NCBI GenBank assembly: GCA_049512935.1
Contig: JBEKWR010000011.1
Span: forward strand, 17,406 to 81,405
Source: Candidatus Bathyarchaeia archaeon
Lineage (GTDB): Archaea; Thermoproteota; Bathyarchaeia; Bathyarchaeales; Bathycorpusculaceae
Length of the DNA: 64,000 nucleotides
Direction: 5' to 3'
Position 1 is the first letter of the stretch; each line of letters begins with the position of its first letter. Below the pieces are notes generated by a model. That model was given only the letters and a program-made list of their open reading frames with translations. It ran no database searches and was not told where the DNA came from. Below, piece after piece: positions 59,401 to 64,000 of this stretch. A program made the position numbers and the translations under genes.

Positions 59401-62400
59401 TCACAGTAACAGAAGCCGCTGTAGATTGAGACGAAGTCGCGCCTAAACTGTCAGTAACCGTCACAGTAATCAAGTAAGAACCCGCGGAACCAGGAGTAAA
59501 ACTAAACGTCGATGCAGTTTCACCAAACTGAGATACCCCGTCCACGTACCACTGGTAACCCGTGTAACTGCCTGAACCGCCAAAAGCAGACGCAGTAAAC
59601 GTCTCAGACTGACCGAAATCCATAGTCCACGCAGAAGGAGACACACTCACGGGCGAAGTGCTTATCACCCAAACCGTACCGTCATCACTTGTTACATAGA
59701 CGTATGCTCCGTTGGGCGTTACAGCCACAGCCCTAGGATAGATGTATCCAACGGGTACCGTCGCCGTCACCGTGTTCGTAGCCGTGTTTATCACCGAAAC
59801 CGTATAGCTGGCGTCATTTGTAACGTAGGCGTATGCGCCGTCAGGCGAAAAAGCCACACCGTAAGGAATGCCTAAACCGGTTATCGTCGCCGTTACCGTG
59901 TTCGTAGCGGTGCTTATCACCGAAATAAAATTGTCGCCTGCATTTTCGCCTTCATTTGTAACGTAGACGTATTCGCCGTTAGGCGTTACAGCCACACCTG
60001 TAGGATAGATAAAGGTTCCAACAGTTATCGTCGCCGTCACTGTATTCGTAGTCGTGTCTATCACCGAGACCGTACCGCTGACGGTATTTGCTACATAGGC
60101 GTATGCTCCGTTGGGCGTTATAGCAACACCTTCAGGCTGGTATCCAACGGGTATCGTTGCAATCACTGTATTCGTAGCAGTGCTTATCACCGAAACCGTA
60201 GCGTCGCCGTCATTTGTTACATAGACATATGCTCCGTTGTGCGTTATAGCCACATTCCAAGGTTCGTTTCCAACGGGTATCGTCGCAATCGCTGTATTCG
60301 TAGCCGTGCTTATCACCGAAACCGTATCGTCGCCGTCAGTTGATACATAGGCGTATGCGCCGTTAGGCGTTATAGCCACATCAAAAGGGTTCCATCCAAC
60401 GGTTACCGTCGCAGTCACTGTATTCGTAGCCGTGCTTATCACCGAGACCGAATCGCTGTCCCAATTTGTTACATAGGCGTATGCGCCGTTGGGCGTCACA
60501 GCCACCCCCTCAGGATAGTTTACAACGGGTATCCTCGCCGTCACGGTCGGCGCACCCAGAGCAGAGTACACCTGCACCGTAACGGGGTAGGAAGTCACCA
60601 CTGTTCCCGCGTTGTCGGTCACTTGGAGCTCAAAACTCCAAACGCCCGGAACCGTATAACCTGAAGTAACAAAGTTGTAGCTTGATGAATCCGTACCTAC
60701 CGTAACATAGCTTCCTTGAGGAGCCTTCTCAAGCCACTGATACGAGTACGGAGGAGTGCCTGTAGACAAGGCAGAAGAAGTCAAAGTGGAAGACTGACCC
60801 ACATCAATCGTGTCCGCCGAAGGTGTCACGGATGGAGCATTAAGCGCAGAATCCACCCAAACCGTCGCAGCGGAAGACTGAGACGAAGTCGCGCCTGAAC
60901 TGTCAGTAACAGTCACAGTAATCCTAATCCAGTAAGAACCCGCTGACTCAGGAGAATAACTAAACGTCTGAGCAGTCTGACCAATCTGAGCCACCCCACC
61001 CACGTACCACTGGTAACCCGTGTAACTGCCTGAACTGCCAAAAGCAGACGCAGTAAACGTCTCAGACTGACCAGCATCCATAATCCAAGAAGAAGGCGAC
61101 ACACTCACAGACGCCACCGTATTCGAAGACGTGCTTATCACCGAAACAGTATAGTCTAAATAATTTGTAATATAGAGGTATGCGCCGTTAGGCGTCACAG
61201 CCACATCCCAAGGATAGCTTCCAATGGGTATCGTCGCCGTCACCGCATTCGTAGCCGTGTTAATCACCGAAACCGTACCGTCTATGTTATTTGCAACATA
61301 GGCATATGCGCCGTCGGACGTTACAGCCACATAATATGGCTGGGTTCCAACGGGTATAGTCGCCGTCACCGTATTCGAAGACGTGTCTATCACCGAAACC
61401 GCGGCGTTGCCAGCAGTTGTAACGTAGGCGTATGCGCCGTCGGGTGTTACAGCCACATCCCAAGGAAAGCTTAGACCTATTCCAACGGATATCGTCGTCG
61501 TCACCGTGTTCGTAGCCGTGCTAATCACCGAGACCGAACTGCTGTCGGGGTTTGCGACATAAACGTATGCGCCGTTAGGCGTCACAGCAACACCAAAAGG
61601 ATTGCTTCCAACGGGTATGGTCGCCGTCACTGTGTTCGAAGACGTGTCTATAACCGAAACCGTATTGTCGCCTTCATTTGTTACATAGGCGTATGCTCCG
61701 TTGGGCGTTATAGCCACACAGCGAGGATTGCTTCCAACGGTTACCGTAGCTGTCACCGTATTCGTAGCCGTGCTTATCACCGAAACCGTACCGTCGTTCC
61801 AATTTGTTACATAGGCGTATGCACCGTTAGGCGTCACAACCACACCATTAGGATCACTTCCAACGGGGACCGTCGCCGTCACCGTATTTGAAGATGTGCT
61901 TATAACCGAGACCGAATTGCTGCCGAAATTTGTAACATAGACATGGTTGCCGTTGGGCGTTACAGCCTCACCAATAGGAAAGAGTCCAACGGGTATCGTC
62001 GCCGTCACGGTGCTAAAAAGCGTGGGAAGCACGGAGACCGTATTGTCGCCATTGTTGGCCACGTATATGTCGCCGTTAGAAGATGCAAAGGCAACTCCAT
62101 AAGGTTCACTGCCGACTGGCATCGTTTCGACGACCGTGTTGCTAAACGTGTCTATCATGGAAACCGTATCATCACCAACGTTTGCCACGTATATGTCGCC
62201 ATTAGATGAATCGTAGGCAACTCCAATAGGTCCACTGCCGACGCCTATCGTTCCAACGACCGTGTTGCTTGACGTAGCTATCACAGAAACCGAATATCCG
62301 CCCAAGTTGGTCACGTAAATGTCGCCGTTAGATGCGTAGGCAACTCCATAGGGATAATTGCCGACGGGTATCGTGGTGACGACCGAACTGGTTGACGTAT

Positions 62401-63000
62401 CTATCACGGAAACCGTATTATCAACCGCATTATTGCCATTGTTGGCCACGTATTGTCGCCGTTAGAAGATGCAAAGGCAACTCCAATAGGTCCACTGCCG
62501 ACACCTATCGTTCCAACGACCGTGTTGCTTGACGTAGCTATCACGGAAACCGAGTCATCGCCAAAGTTGGTCACGTATATGTCGCCGGTAGATGAATCGT
62601 AGGCAACTCCATAAGGTCCAGTGCCGACGCCTATCGTCTTAACGACCATGTTGCTTGACGTATCTATCACGGAAACCGAATTATCGCCAAAGTTTGCCAC
62701 GTATATGTCGCCGTTAGCAAAGGCAACTCCATAAGGAGAACTGCCGACGCCTATCGTCTTAACGACCATGTTGCTTGACGTATCTATCACGGAAACCGTA
62801 TTATCACCACTGTTGGTCACGTAAATGTCGCCGTTAGATGCGTAGGCAATTCCATAAGGGTCACTGCCGACTGATATCGTTGGATATGCAGCATGGGCGA
62901 CTTTTATCGAACTTAAGGCAGAGAATAGGAGGATTCCTATAAATAACGACAAAAGAATCGCGCGACGCGCACTGTTTTTATTTATTATTTTTCTGTTCAT
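56408..63000 (-). CDS. Giant surface protein: YVTN beta-propeller repeats, Ig/PKD-like repeats and TM anchor; split by a 1-nt frameshift near 62452
   Basis: ORFs 62404-63000 and 56408-62449 share the same repeat; ccacgtattgtcgcc versus ccacgtatatgtcgcc in sister repeats. Confidence 0.88.
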
Positions 63001-63042
63001 CTTTGTTACCGGCTTATCTTCACCAATGCCTTCTTCTTGCCT

Positions 63043-63101
63043 TTATAATTTGTCCTATCTTGATTTATAATTTGCACTATCTTGGCTTATAATTTGTCCT
63101 A
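63043..63101. repeat. Three tandem 22-bp repeats containing TTATAATTTG, upstream of the YVTN gene
   Basis: ttataatttg at 63043, 63065 and 63087. Confidence 0.85.
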
Positions 63102-63382
63102 GCAGGTGTCATACGATTAGAATGCGCGCTTGGGGTGTATGCGCCTCAAATAGACACGCATAAATTTGGTAGGAAAACACCCAGTTTTGAGTGATGCAAC
63201 GCTTTCTTAGGCTTTGGTTCAACCTTAACATCTTCAAGCACCCATGCAAACAGAGTTTTTCCTATCAGCATACTTTTCTAAGAAATCGGCGACGCTGCAT
63301 GGGAAGACAATTCACCAAGGTTTCACTGAAGTTGCTCAAACAAACTCTGAACCATACCCCGCCGAGAAACCTCACCCGCTCA

Positions 63383-63548
63383 TAACCGACAATAACGTCA
63401 ACATGGAGTCAACATTGAAAGTCGCAACCCGCCCATCCCAAAGTCGCAACGTTCAAACGCCTTCAAGCCCCAAACCAAAAAAGCAACCCAAAATGCAAAC
63501 TGCCAAGGCGGAAAGTCGCAACTTTCCCGTAGGCAAAAGTCGCAACTT
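63383..63548 (+). repeat. Dispersed non-coding repeat family A, copy 2
   Basis: aaagtcgcaac at 63418, 63440, 63512 and 63536. Confidence 0.9.
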
Positions 63549-63722
63549 TAATTTTTGCAGGAATGCATTAGGCTTTTATCTGCGGTTTCGCTAATTGTTT
63601 TCTGCCGGATGATGAGAAGGCATTAGCTTGACAATCAATGGATGAAAGTTCAGAGTTACTATGACGGCAAAGGGTGAATAATTATAAATAGGAGTTAGCC
63701 CCATTATGCCGTGGGGTTAACA

Positions 63723-64000
63723 ATGCGAAAGTTTGCGAGAGAATACATAGAAAAGTACCCGAGCGTCAAAAAAATATATGACGCCATAACAGGGTCAAGA
63801 AGAATGGGAAGCGAAATAACCGTTTCCAACTATGTCAATGGCATATCTAAATTTGTCTGTTACCTGGGCTATTCAGACCCAGAAACGGCGCTAAGGGAAA
63901 TCCAAGAAGGAAAGGTTAACGCTGGAGCTAAGGCAGACTTGTTTATTGACTACGCTTTAGATCAACTGAAAAAAAGCCATTCTACAGTAAGAACCTATAT
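63723..64000 (+). CDS. Probable tyrosine recombinase/integrase, N-terminal part (runs off window)
   Basis: MRKFAREYIEKYPSVKK...SEITVSNYVNGISKFVCYLG...FIDY...KSHSTVRTY resembles an integrase core-binding (SAM-like) domain; catalytic domain not visible. Confidence 0.55.
   Translation, partial: MRKFAREYIEKYPSVKKIYDAITGSRRMGSEITVSNYVNGISKFVCYLGYSDPETALREIQEGKVNAGAKADLFIDYALDQLKKSHSTVRTY

Noticed and set aside
56900-62900. Diversity-generating retroelement template/variable repeats
   Set aside because: The repeats are in-frame domain duplications, the differences do not appear adenine-specific, and there is no reverse transcriptase in the window.
63191-63594. ORFs 63191-63385 and 63244-63594, and the antisense ORFs at 24458-24795
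   Set aside because: They overlap repeat family A and the frames are not shared between the two copies, so they are probably spurious.

Overview
Archaeal chromosomal window. The gene content and the many PEF-CTERM-like surface proteins suggest Bathyarchaeia (inference). Housekeeping genes include fwdDBAC, two glutamine synthetases, an RsmB/NOP2 plus Nip7 pair, an EF-2 with an atypical switch-I motif, tRNA-Asp, Nre, DNA ligase, thioredoxin, a Zn/Mn ABC transporter and rubrerythrin. These are interleaved with AT-rich accessory DNA. The most striking structure is at about 7.9-12.1 kb: ten co-oriented small genes, mostly unrelated and mostly membrane proteins, each with a copy of a conserved ~30-bp element upstream. 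The minus-strand consensus is AAGTCTTAAATCTGcatAGCGTAGAAATAG, and a solo copy lies at ~23.0 kb. The array looks like an integron-like gene-cassette system with neither classical attC sites nor CRISPR features. Other observations: a restriction-modification island bounded by a duplicated glnA 3' end; a toxin-antitoxin mini-island at tRNA-Asp; two dispersed non-coding repeat families; a partial probable tyrosine recombinase at the right edge; three damaged toxin genes; a putative thioester-domain adhesin; and a frameshifted giant YVTN/Ig surface protein. All calls are by eye, without database searches.
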